Below, piece after piece: positions 44,118 through 52,935 of a stretch of DNA of 64,000 nucleotides. The notes below the pieces were generated by a model, which had not been told where the DNA came from, did no database searches, and worked only from the letters and a program-made list of their open reading frames with translations. Source of the stretch: Gammaproteobacteria bacterium (GTDB lineage: Bacteria > Pseudomonadota > Gammaproteobacteria > Steroidobacterales > JBFFHS01); NCBI GenBank assembly GCA_041556855.1, contig JBFFHS010000002.1:26056-90055 (forward strand), given 5' to 3'. The stretch's first letter is position 1; each line of letters starts with the position of its first letter. A program made the translations under genes and the position numbers.

Positions 44118-45212
44118 ATGAACGGCCATCCCGCAGCAATCAACGGAGACCCCGCGGCGCTTGAGGCCGAGCGCGCCGTCGAGGAGTTGCGCCGCGGGCG
44201 CGTCATTCAGCTGTTTGATGGCGACCAATCGCTGCTGATTGCCGCCATGGAGACCTTAGAGCCCCCCCTGTTCGAGCGGTTACGGTCCCTGCGTCGCAGC
44301 GAAATGGCGCTGCTGATCACTTCACAGCGGAGCGAAGCGATGCAACTGGCGCAAGCCGCGCCCGGCCCGGTGGCGATCTCATTCCCACCGAAGACACGGC
44401 TGGAGCAGCTGCGTGCCGTGGCTGGGGTGCATTCCCACGGGCTTAGCGAGAAATTACAGCTCCGCCCGCTTCCCGCGGAGAACCCGGAACTCGCCGACGC
44501 CGGCTTCCGTTTGGCCAAGCTGGGCAAACTCCTGCCGGCACTGCTGGCTGTAAGAACCGCGGCCGCGCCGGGCACTGATATTCTGAACCTTAGCGTCTCG
44601 GCTATGGCCCAAGCATTTCGGGATGACCTGAGTTTGATAAGCCGCGCTCGCGTGCCTCTGGTCCATGCCGTAGACACCGACATCGTGTTGTTTCGGCAAC
44701 GGCATGGCTTTGGGGAGCACCTGGCTATTCTGATCGGTGACCCCAACCTGAAGGCCGCGGTACCGGTTCGGCTGCACTCAGCTTGCCTTACGGGCGATGT
44801 CCTGGGGAGCCTGCGTTGTGACTGCGGCGATCAGCTCAAACGGGCTGTCAGCCGCATGGTCTCGTTGGGCGGCGGCGTGCTGCTGTACCTGGATCAGGAG
44901 GGCCGCGGTATCGGGCTCGCCAACAAACTGCGCGCCTACGACCTGCAGGACGCTGGTCTGGATACCCTGGATGCGGATAAGCATCTCGGCTTCCTTCCCG
45001 ACGAGCGAACTTACGATGTTGCCGCCCTGATGCTACGCGAGCTGGGCATCCAGCGCATTCGGCTTCTCACCAACAACCCTTATAAAATTCGCGCCTTGAC
45101 CCAGTTGGGCATTCAGGTCGCGGGACGAATGCCCCTGGTGGCACCGGTGAATACCCACAACCAGCGATACCTCCAGGCCAAGCTCGATCGGGCCGGTCAC
45201 CTGGCTGAATAG
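44118..45212 (+). CDS. ribA: GTP cyclohydrolase II with a degenerate RibB-like N-terminal domain
   Basis: C-terminal half is close to E. coli RibA: VRLHSACLTGDVLGSLRCDCG (zinc Cys triad), EGRGIGLANKLRAY (Tyr kept), LLTNNP. The N-terminal ~165 aa start RAVEELRRGRVIQLFDG but lack RENEGD. Start chosen at ATG 44118. Confidence 0.8.
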   Translation: MNGHPAAINGDPAALEAERAVEELRRGRVIQLFDGDQSLLIAAMETLEPPLFERLRSLRRSEMALLITSQRSEAMQLAQAAPGPVAISFPPKTRLEQLRAVAGVHSHGLSEKLQLRPLPAENPELADAGFRLAKLGKLLPALLAVRTAAAPGTDILNLSVSAMAQAFRDDLSLISRARVPLVHAVDTDIVLFRQRHGFGEHLAILIGDPNLKAAVPVRLHSACLTGDVLGSLRCDCGDQLKRAVSRMVSLGGGVLLYLDQEGRGIGLANKLRAYDLQDAGLDTLDADKHLGFLPDERTYDVAALMLRELGIQRIRLLTNNPYKIRALTQLGIQVAGRMPLVAPVNTHNQRYLQAKLDRAGHLAE

Positions 45213-46027
45213 TCGCCGCGCCCATCAGGTGCCTGGTCAAGCACGGCCAACGGGGTCTCTGCTAGCTCCGTAAGTAAAGTAACGAGGACGCCGGCCAGGT
45301 GGTCAAGGTAGGCGGCCCCACGATGCTCGTCGGCGCCCGTGGCACTCCCGGTCACGCCAGCAGGGTGCAGATCCTGACTCATCCAGCCAAAGCCAACCGG
45401 CGACTCGGCACCCAACGCATCATTGCGGCGCGCCATATGCGCCGCCAGCCCCTGGAAGTCCGCCAGGGCCTCCCGGCGCACCAGCTCGGGCCGCACGTGC
45501 ATCATCAACGAGGTCTCTACGGCCCCGCCGTGGAGGCCGAGCGCTAACTCGTCTTCCTCGAACAATCCAGGGGGCACGCCGAAGGAGAAGTAGTTGGCGC
45601 GCGCGACCAGCATCTGCTGTTCGACCCGCAGCCGCAGGGCAACGAGGTCCACCAGCCCGGCCTGACCCCCGTGGCTGTTGAGGATGACGAGCTTGCGCAC
45701 TCCTGCTCGGGCAACGCTCGTCCCGACGGCCTGCCAGACCGCCACGACCGTCTCAGCATCAACGCTCAGGGTACCCGCAAAAGCGGTGTGCTCGAGACTG
45801 CTGCCGATATTGATTGCCGGTAACACCAGCACCGTGGGTCGCTCTTTAAGCCGTTCCAGGGACGCGGTGACGATGGCCTCATTGATTACGGCGTCCGTGG
45901 CCAGTGGTAGGTGTGGACCATGTTGCTCGACTGCCGCGACGGGCAAAAGCGCGACCGTATTCTCCGGCTCAAGTCGCGCGAAGTCGCACGTTGTGAGCTC
46001 CTGCCAGTATCCGCTCGCGACGCTCAT
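45197..46027 (-). CDS. Creatininase-family amidohydrolase
   Basis: LPVAAVEQHGPHLPLATD, NSHGGQ, LHGGAVETS. 16-nt convergent overlap with the ribA-like gene. Confidence 0.75.
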   Translation of the reverse strand: MSVASGYWQELTTCDFARLEPENTVALLPVAAVEQHGPHLPLATDAVINEAIVTASLERLKERPTVLVLPAINIGSSLEHTAFAGTLSVDAETVVAVWQAVGTSVARAGVRKLVILNSHGGQAGLVDLVALRLRVEQQMLVARANYFSFGVPPGLFEEDELALGLHGGAVETSLMMHVRPELVRREALADFQGLAAHMARRNDALGAESPVGFGWMSQDLHPAGVTGSATGADEHRGAAYLDHLAGVLVTLLTELAETPLAVLDQAPDGRGDYSAR

Positions 46028-46036
46028 AGGATGATA

Positions 46037-46663
46037 TTAACGTCTGCGGGCCTCGAACTCGATCAGGATCTCTACTGTATCGCCCACCCAGCCGTTGGCT
46101 ACAGCATAGGTCATGCCGAATTCGCTGCGCTTGAGGCTTCCGCGCGCTGATACCCCCATCACATATTTCCAGAGCTCGATGGGATGCCGGGCGCTCTTGT
46201 TCCAGCTCGCAGTCAATGTCAGGGGCAGTGTTACGCCGAGCAGCTTGAGATTGCCGGTGACCCGATAGATATTCTCCCCCGCCCGCTCAACTTTGGTCCC
46301 GGTGAAAGTCATCGTGGGAAATTTCGGTGCGTCCAAGAAATCTTTGCTCCGCAGATGCTCATCCCGCCGCTCATGGTCCGTAAAGACCGTTGCCGTGTCG
46401 ACGGTGACCAAAACGTCGGACAACTCTCCCGTCTCGTCGTCAAATCGATAGGCGCCTGTTACCTCGCGGAACCTCCCCAGGACCTTGGCGTAGCCAAGAT
46501 GGTCCACGAGGAAAGCCACGGTGACGTGCTCGGGATCGATTTCGTAGCGTACAGAATCAGCTCTGGTCACGACCCCGGCAAGCACTAAAGCGCACAGAAA
46601 AAGTACGCGGACCGGTTGTCGCCAGGACCGCGGCAGCGGAAGTGATGCGACAACCTTACACAT
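46037..46663 (-). CDS. YceI-family periplasmic (polyisoprenoid-binding-type) protein
   Basis: Signal peptide, then YEIDPEHVTVAFLVDHLGYAKVLGRF, the typical YceI start. LKLLGVTLPLTL. GAGGA RBS before ATG 46663. Confidence 0.8.
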   Translation of the reverse strand: MCKVVASLPLPRSWRQPVRVLFLCALVLAGVVTRADSVRYEIDPEHVTVAFLVDHLGYAKVLGRFREVTGAYRFDDETGELSDVLVTVDTATVFTDHERRDEHLRSKDFLDAPKFPTMTFTGTKVERAGENIYRVTGNLKLLGVTLPLTLTASWNKSARHPIELWKYVMGVSARGSLKRSEFGMTYAVANGWVGDTVEILIEFEARRR

Positions 46664-46937
46664 GAAGGAATCCTCGGATCGATGCCATCTTCGGCGCTCT
46701 GCTACAAGCTTAGGGCCCATCGAGACCTATCGACGAGTACACTGGCCTGGGGACCAGGCCATCGATCATACAGACCCAACCCCGCCACAACACATGAACC
46801 GCCCCGTCTGTCTCGGAGGCCCCATACCGGTCCGGATGCAATATGGCTAGCTCCTGACGGAAGCCACGCACTGAGTTGCTCCCCTACAACGACTCCAGCT
46901 GGTGAGAGAGACTTTGACCAGGAAAAGGAGACGGACG

Positions 46938-47157
46938 ATGGGGAGAAGGCACTTCAAGCCGGAGCTGCTGGAGAGCTACAAGGAGCAGGTCCTGGACCTG
47001 GGCGATGCTTTTAGCAGTGCGGAGCCGCGGCAGGTAAGCAAGGCTCGGCGGGCGCTCAAGCAACTGCTTGGCGCCATACCGATATACCCCTGCGAGGAAG
47101 GCCATCTTCTGGCAAAAGTGGGCCTGAATGGCCCTGGACTTCCTGTGCAACAACCGG
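46938..47157 (+). pseudogene. C-terminal remnant of a large serine recombinase
   Basis: Translation: GRRHFKPELLESYKEQVLDLGDAFSSAEPRQVSKARRALKQLLGAIPIYPCEEGHLLAKVGLNG. This matches the C-terminal pattern I remember for large serine recombinases. No catalytic domain lies upstream, and the frame runs on into the tRNA. Confidence 0.4.
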
Positions 47158-47234
47158 TGGTAGCGGGGGCAGGATTCGAACCTGCGACCTTCGGGTTATG
47201 AGCCCGACGAGCTGCCAGACTGCTCCACCCCGCA
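47158..47234 (-). tRNA. tRNA-Met (CAT), initiator type
   Basis: The 77-nt reverse complement, TGCGGGGTGGAGCAGTCTGGCAGCTCGTCGGGCTCATAACCCGAAGGTCGCAGGTTCGAATCCTGCCCCCGCTACCA, is near-identical to E. coli tRNA-fMet. It has three G:C pairs closing the anticodon stem, no Watson-Crick pair at 1:72 (U/U by my reading), and an encoded CCA. Confidence 0.9.
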
Positions 47235-47571
47235 CCAGAGGGCAGGCATTGTACAAAAGGCCCCCGAAGCCGTGCAAGCGGGCGAACCGAGGCGCGGCCA
47301 GCCGTGCGCTGAGCCGGCCGTGTGGAATCCCGAAATGGCTGTAGAACGGCTACATCTGGTAGTATTCGCCCGGATTTTTCAGGCGAGACTGCTGACCCAG
47401 TACGTGGCGCCGTCGGAGTAGGCTGTCCCCGTGTGCCAACCTGGCCGAGCCCGGCGCCGGAACAGGACCGGGCTGGCCCGAACCGACCGGCACTGCGCTG
47501 TCAGTCAGCTTCTGTTCAGGTTCTTCAGCTAACATTCAGGACTGTCGCAAAATCGGCAATAGGAGGCCGTA

Positions 47572-47916
47572 GTGGACACAAAACAACCGCTTACGAGACG
47601 TAAGTTTATTGGCGCCGCCCTGGCGGGCATCCCCGTGGTGGTTACCATGGATCGCGTTGGCGCCCAATCTCGGGAGCTGACCCCGGATGACCCGCGTTAC
47701 GCTGCGCTGGGGTACTACCCAGATGTAGCGGATGTGGACCCGGCCAAGGAGCCGCTGTTCGCGCCCGACCGGGACTGCTCCAACTGCTCCCAGATCAAGG
47801 GCGACGAAAACGCCGAACTGCGTCCCTGCGCCCTCTTCCCGGACCTCCAGGACCCCACCCAGTATCTGCTGGTAGCGAACAAGGGATGGTGCCGCAGCTG
47901 GATCGCCATGAACTAG
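47572..47916 (+). CDS. High-potential iron-sulfur protein (HiPIP) with Tat signal
   Basis: Twin-arginine TRRKFIGAA. Cysteine pattern CSNC...C...GWC...W. GTG start with an AGGAGG RBS 5 nt upstream. Confidence 0.85.
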   Translation: MDTKQPLTRRKFIGAALAGIPVVVTMDRVGAQSRELTPDDPRYAALGYYPDVADVDPAKEPLFAPDRDCSNCSQIKGDENAELRPCALFPDLQDPTQYLLVANKGWCRSWIAMN

Positions 47917-47933
47917 AATTCACTCGGTAAGAA

Positions 47934-47967
47934 CCAAAAAGCCCCGCAACTGCGGGGCTTTTTTTTG
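47934..47967. terminator. Bidirectional intrinsic terminator shared by the HiPIP gene and nuoN
   Basis: AAAAAGCCCCGCAACTGCGGGGCTTTTTTTT: a GC stem flanked by an A-run and a T-run, between convergent genes. Confidence 0.75.
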
Positions 47968-47989
47968 GACACCGACAATCCCCCCAGGC

Positions 47990-49447
47990 TCAACTCAGCA
48001 CCCTGGCGCACAGATCCAGCAGCCCACCGGGAAACAGTCCCAAGGCCAGCAGCGCCAAGCCGTTCAAACTGACCGCGAAACGCAGATCCGACCCCGCCGC
48101 CAGGGGCTCGCTCTCCGCAGGTGCCTCAAAGTACATGTACCAAACCACCCGCAGATAGTAGAAGGCGCCAATGACGGAGAACAGCACAGCCAGGGCCGCA
48201 AGCCACGTCAGCCCCGCGTCCAGCACCGGACCAAGCACCGCCAGCTTGGCATAAAAGCCGATCAGGGGCGGCACCCCGGCCATGGAAAACATGATCATCA
48301 GCATCATCAGCGCAAACCAGGGGCTGCGACTATTCAGGCCCTTGAAATCCTCCAGACGCTCCGCCTCGAACCCGGCCCGGCTCATGAAGATCACCATGCC
48401 AAAGGCACCCGTGGCCATGATCACGTAGGTCAAGGTGTAGAACATGGCGCCGCTCAGGCCCTCGTCGGAGCCAGCCAGGAACCCAAGCAAAATAAAACCC
48501 ACGTGGGAGATGGTGGAATAGGCCAGCATGCGTTTGATATTCGCCTGGGCGATGGCGACGATATTGCCGATGCCCATGGAGAGAACCGCCAGCACCACCA
48601 GCATGTCCTGCCAACTCTCCTGCATGCCCCCTAGCCCCTCCACCAGTACGCGCCAGGTCAGCGCAAAGGCAGCGATCTTCGGGGCGGAGCCCACGTAGAG
48701 GGTCACTGGAATCGGCGCCCCCTGGTAGACATCCGGCAGCCACATATGAAACGGGACGGCGCCGAACTTGAATGCAATGCCCACCAGCACGAAGGCCAGA
48801 CCCAGCAGCAGAGGTAGGTTCAGCCCCTGCCCGGCCGCCGCGATCGCCCCGCCAAGCTCCCCAAGCTCCAGCGTGCCGGTCGTTCCATACAGTATCGAGA
48901 TACCGTATAGCAGCGTCCCCGACGCAATTGCGCCGAGAACAAAATACTTCATAGCTGCCTCGGCGGCATGGGCCGAGTCCCGATTAAAGGCCACCAGGGC
49001 ATAGAGGGACAGTGACAGTAACTCCAGACCGAGATACATGGTCAGCAGACTGTGCGCTGACACCATAACCATCACGCCCAGCAGACCGAACAGGCCAAGC
49101 ACGTAGAATTCGCCACGGAACAGTTGCCAGTCGCTCAGGAACTGCCGTGAGTAAACAAAGGCAAAGGCCACCGCCAGGCAAGCAAACAGCTTCAAGGTAT
49201 CTCCGGCCGGGTCCGCCACATAGGAACCGGCGAAGGTGAGCGTGCGCTCGCTGGCGCCAAAGGCCACAATGGTGGCCGCCGTGACCGCCAGCGCGAGCAT
49301 GGCCAGATAGTAGGTCACCTGGCGCCGATGATCGGGCAGGAATAAATCCACCAGCAACACCACACAGACCGCCGAGAGCAGAACGATCTCGGCAACGGCA
49401 GGCATCAGATCGGGGGCGACAAAATCAGTGGCGACAACCATGGGCAA
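47990..49447 (-). CDS. nuoN: NADH-quinone oxidoreductase subunit N
   Basis: 485-aa antiporter-like polytopic protein; last gene of the nuo operon. Confidence 0.9.
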   Translation of the reverse strand: MPMVVATDFVAPDLMPAVAEIVLLSAVCVVLLVDLFLPDHRRQVTYYLAMLALAVTAATIVAFGASERTLTFAGSYVADPAGDTLKLFACLAVAFAFVYSRQFLSDWQLFRGEFYVLGLFGLLGVMVMVSAHSLLTMYLGLELLSLSLYALVAFNRDSAHAAEAAMKYFVLGAIASGTLLYGISILYGTTGTLELGELGGAIAAAGQGLNLPLLLGLAFVLVGIAFKFGAVPFHMWLPDVYQGAPIPVTLYVGSAPKIAAFALTWRVLVEGLGGMQESWQDMLVVLAVLSMGIGNIVAIAQANIKRMLAYSTISHVGFILLGFLAGSDEGLSGAMFYTLTYVIMATGAFGMVIFMSRAGFEAERLEDFKGLNSRSPWFALMMLMIMFSMAGVPPLIGFYAKLAVLGPVLDAGLTWLAALAVLFSVIGAFYYLRVVWYMYFEAPAESEPLAAGSDLRFAVSLNGLALLALGLFPGGLLDLCARVLS

Positions 49448-49449
49448 TC

Positions 49450-50964
49450 CTACAGTTTGCTCCGGCTGATATGGTCAAGCAGGTGCCCCAGGGATGCCTC
49501 CATGGCATCCACCAGGGGCGCCGGCCACAGCCCCACGAGCAGGACAGCGACCGCGAGAATGCCCAGCACCAGGAACTCCCGGCCGCCGATGTCCGTCAGT
49601 CCGGCCACCCCCTCATTGGCAACCTCGCCGAAGATGACCCGCTTGACCAGCCACAAAGTGTAAGCCGCCCCCAGGATGAGGGTCGTGGCGGCCAGGAACG
49701 CAAACCAGAAGTTGGCCTGAAAACTGCCGAGAATCACAAAGAACTCGCCAACGAATCCGGACGTGCCCGGAAGGCCGGCGTTGGCCAGAGCAAACAACAC
49801 CATGAGTGCGGCGAACTTGGGCATGGTGTTGACCACGCCACCGTAGTCACTGATCTCCCGGCTGTGGAGTCGGTCGTACATGACGCCTACGCACAGAAAC
49901 AGCGCGCCGGAGATCAGCCCGTGGGAGATCATCTGCACCATGCCCCCCTGCATGGCGAGGCGCGCGCCCTCGGGCGTGCCCGCGTTTTCCACAATAGCGA
50001 ACACAACAAAAAATCCCAGAGTGACAAACCCCATATGGGCGATAGAGGAATAAGCGATCAGCTTCTTCATATCCCGCTGGGCGAGCGCCACAAAACCGAT
50101 ATACACCACGGCAATCAAGGACAAGGAGATGATCAACCAGTCAAGTGCGCTGCTGGCATCCGGGGTGATGGGCAGCGAGAAACGCACGAAACCGTAGCCG
50201 CCCATCTTCAGCATGATGGCCGCCAGAATCACCGACCCGCCTGTGGGCGCCTCGACGTGGGCATCGGGCAGCCAGGTATGGACCGGCCACATGGGCACCT
50301 TCACCGCAAAGGCCAGCAGGAAGGCCAGGAAGATCAGCGTCTGCTCCTGCATGTTGAGCGGCAGCTGGTGAAAACCGAGGATGCTGTAGTTTCCTGCCTG
50401 AAGGTACATGTAGATGAGCGCCACCAGCATGAACACCGAACCCAGGAAGGTATAGAGAAAGAACTTCACGGTGGCGTAAACGCGCCGCTGGCCGCCCCAA
50501 ACGCCGATGATGATGAACATGGGCACCAGCATCGCTTCCCAGAATACGTAAAAGAGCAGTCCGTCCAGCGCTGCGAAGACACCCACCATGAGACCTTCCA
50601 TGATCAGGAAGGCCGCAAAGTACTGGGCCGGGTGAGTCTTGATCACCTCCCAGCCGGCGATAACCACCAGAGGCGTCATGAAGGTCGTAAGTAAAATCAG
50701 CGGCATGGAGATGCCGTCCACCCCGAGGAAATACTGGGCGTCAAAAGCAGGAATCCAGGGCAGCCGTTCCACAAACTGCATGGCAGAGCTGGTCGTGTCG
50801 AAATCCGTGTAGATGGGAACGCTGATTAGGAATGCCAGTACGGATGCGATCAGCGCGACCAGCTTGCCCGCATCCGCGCGCTCAGAACCCAGCGCCAGCA
50901 CCATCACGCCCGCCGCGATGGGCAGCCAGATGACAATGCTCAGCAGCGGCAGGTCGATACCCAC
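49450..50964 (-). CDS. nuoM: NADH-quinone oxidoreductase subunit M
   Basis: 504-aa antiporter-like subunit (WLPDAHVEAPTGGSVILA) between nuoL and nuoN. Confidence 0.92.
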   Translation of the reverse strand: MGIDLPLLSIVIWLPIAAGVMVLALGSERADAGKLVALIASVLAFLISVPIYTDFDTTSSAMQFVERLPWIPAFDAQYFLGVDGISMPLILLTTFMTPLVVIAGWEVIKTHPAQYFAAFLIMEGLMVGVFAALDGLLFYVFWEAMLVPMFIIIGVWGGQRRVYATVKFFLYTFLGSVFMLVALIYMYLQAGNYSILGFHQLPLNMQEQTLIFLAFLLAFAVKVPMWPVHTWLPDAHVEAPTGGSVILAAIMLKMGGYGFVRFSLPITPDASSALDWLIISLSLIAVVYIGFVALAQRDMKKLIAYSSIAHMGFVTLGFFVVFAIVENAGTPEGARLAMQGGMVQMISHGLISGALFLCVGVMYDRLHSREISDYGGVVNTMPKFAALMVLFALANAGLPGTSGFVGEFFVILGSFQANFWFAFLAATTLILGAAYTLWLVKRVIFGEVANEGVAGLTDIGGREFLVLGILAVAVLLVGLWPAPLVDAMEASLGHLLDHISRSKL

Positions 50965-50967
50965 GCC

Positions 50968-52932
50968 CTACACTCCAAACACCAGCCAGCCCACCAGCAC
51001 CACCAGGCCAATGATCATGGCGAAGGCGTAGTGGTAGAGATAGCCAGTCTGCAGATGCTGCAGTACCCGGGACAACAGCGCCACGCTCCGCGCGCTGCCG
51101 TTTACCAGGGCGCCATCGATGAGCCTCTGGTCGCCGAAGCGCCAGGCGGACCCCCCCAGGCGGCGCGCCCCCGAGGCGATCACATTCTCGTTCACCCAAT
51201 CGAAGTAGTACTTGTTCATGAGGGTGGTATAGATGAGCCCAAGTTTGTCGCTCCAGATGCCCGGCAGCTCCGGCCGCTTCAGATACATAAACCAGGCCAC
51301 AGCTGCGCCGGCCGCGGCGAGGTACAGGGAAGGCACGCTGAAAGCCGTGAAAGCGTGCAGCACAAAGGCCAGCGGCCCTTCGAAGTGGCTGCCCATCTCA
51401 CCCAGCACGTCATGGGACTCCGCCACCACTATGGCAGGCCCGAAGAACCCACCGAACAGCAGGGGCCCGATCGTAAACCAGCCGATCAGGATGGAAGGGA
51501 TCGCCAGCAGAATCAGCGGCACACTCACCACGGCCGGCGACTCATGCAGGTGCTCCCGGGTGTGCTCGTCAAAACGCTCCGGGCCGTGGAAGGTCAGAAA
51601 CAGCAGCCGAAAGCTGTACAGCGACGTGACGAACACGCCCAGCAGCACGCACCAGAAGGCGAGCCCGGCGCCGGGAATATGGCTCTCGTGCACCGCCTCG
51701 ATCAGCGCATCCTTGGAGAAGAAGCCCGATGTGCCGGGGAACCCGATCAGGGCCAGGGTGCCGATCAGAGCCGTCCAGTAGGTGATGGGCATGTACTTGC
51801 GCAGGCCGCCCATCTTGCGCATGTCCTGCTCGTGGTGCATGGCGATAATCACGGACCCCGCTGCCAGGAACAGCAGCGCCTTGAAAAATGCGTGGGTCAT
51901 GAGGTGAAAAATCGCGCCCGCGTACGCAGACACGCCCAGGGCCACGGTCATATAACCCAACTGGGACAGCGTGGAATAAGCGACGACTCGCTTGATGTCG
52001 TGCTGCACCAGGCCCAGCAGGCCCATGAAAAAAGCCGTCAGCGATCCGATCACCAGCACAAAGCTCAGAGCTGCCTCGCTCACTTCGAAGATCGGCGACA
52101 TCCGCGCCACCATAAAGATCCCCGCTGTCACCATCGTGGCCGCGTGAATCAGAGCGGAAATGGGCGTAGGACCTTCCATCGAGTCAGGCAGCCACACATG
52201 CAGCGGTACCTGGGCAGACTTACCCATGGCGCCGATAAACAGCAGAATGGCCGCCACCGTGGCCACGGACCAGTTCGCCCCGCCGAAGATCTCGATCGAA
52301 TCCCGCCCCATGCGCTCGGCCTGATCGAACACCTGATAGTAGTCCAGGGACCCCGTTGCCAGGACGATGGTGGCGATGCCCAGCAGGAAACCAAAATCGC
52401 CAACCCGGTTCACCAGAAACGCTTTAAAGTTGGCAAAGATGGCGCTGGGTCGCTTGTACCAAAAGCCAATCAGCAAATAGGACACCACGCCCACCGCCTC
52501 CCAGCCAAAAAACAGCTGCAGGAAGTTGTTGGACATGACCAGCATCAGCATGGCGAAGGTGAACAGGGAGATGTAGCTAAAGAAGCGCTGATAACCGTCA
52601 TCGTCGTGCATGTAGCCGATGGTGTATATGTGCACCATCAAAGACACGAAGCTCACCACGGTCATCATCAAGGCGGTAAGTCGATCGACCAGGAAACCCA
52701 CTTCCATGTGGAGACCACCCACCGTGGCCCAGCGGTACACGGTGCCGTTAAAGGTCTCGCCGCCGTCCAGCAACAGATCCTTCAACACCAGGCAGGACAG
52801 CCCGAAGGCAATGGCCACACCGAGAATGCACACGCTGTGGGCGCCAACGCGACCGATCTGACGTCCGAACAGGCCGGCAACCACTGCCGCGGCCAGCGGC
52901 GCCAGAACGATTCCGATATACACACCTTCCAT
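50968..52932 (-). CDS. nuoL: NADH-quinone oxidoreductase subunit L
   Basis: 654 aa (WLPDSMEGPTPISALIHAATMVTAG) with a C-terminal lateral-helix region. Confidence 0.92.
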   Translation of the reverse strand: MEGVYIGIVLAPLAAAVVAGLFGRQIGRVGAHSVCILGVAIAFGLSCLVLKDLLLDGGETFNGTVYRWATVGGLHMEVGFLVDRLTALMMTVVSFVSLMVHIYTIGYMHDDDGYQRFFSYISLFTFAMLMLVMSNNFLQLFFGWEAVGVVSYLLIGFWYKRPSAIFANFKAFLVNRVGDFGFLLGIATIVLATGSLDYYQVFDQAERMGRDSIEIFGGANWSVATVAAILLFIGAMGKSAQVPLHVWLPDSMEGPTPISALIHAATMVTAGIFMVARMSPIFEVSEAALSFVLVIGSLTAFFMGLLGLVQHDIKRVVAYSTLSQLGYMTVALGVSAYAGAIFHLMTHAFFKALLFLAAGSVIIAMHHEQDMRKMGGLRKYMPITYWTALIGTLALIGFPGTSGFFSKDALIEAVHESHIPGAGLAFWCVLLGVFVTSLYSFRLLFLTFHGPERFDEHTREHLHESPAVVSVPLILLAIPSILIGWFTIGPLLFGGFFGPAIVVAESHDVLGEMGSHFEGPLAFVLHAFTAFSVPSLYLAAAGAAVAWFMYLKRPELPGIWSDKLGLIYTTLMNKYYFDWVNENVIASGARRLGGSAWRFGDQRLIDGALVNGSARSVALLSRVLQHLQTGYLYHYAFAMIIGLVVLVGWLVFGV

Positions 52933-52935
52933 CGG

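Noticed and set aside
33757-46663. Impression of lower GC or foreign composition in the glucan/pteridine-like block
   Set aside because: Hand counts of a few 60-nt lines gave 47-65% in this block and about 52% in a nuo line, so there was no consistent difference I can defend without computation. No compositional claim is made.
49471-50694. 407-aa plus-strand ORF antisense to nuoM
   Set aside because: An antisense artefact with H/Q/G/R-rich composition.
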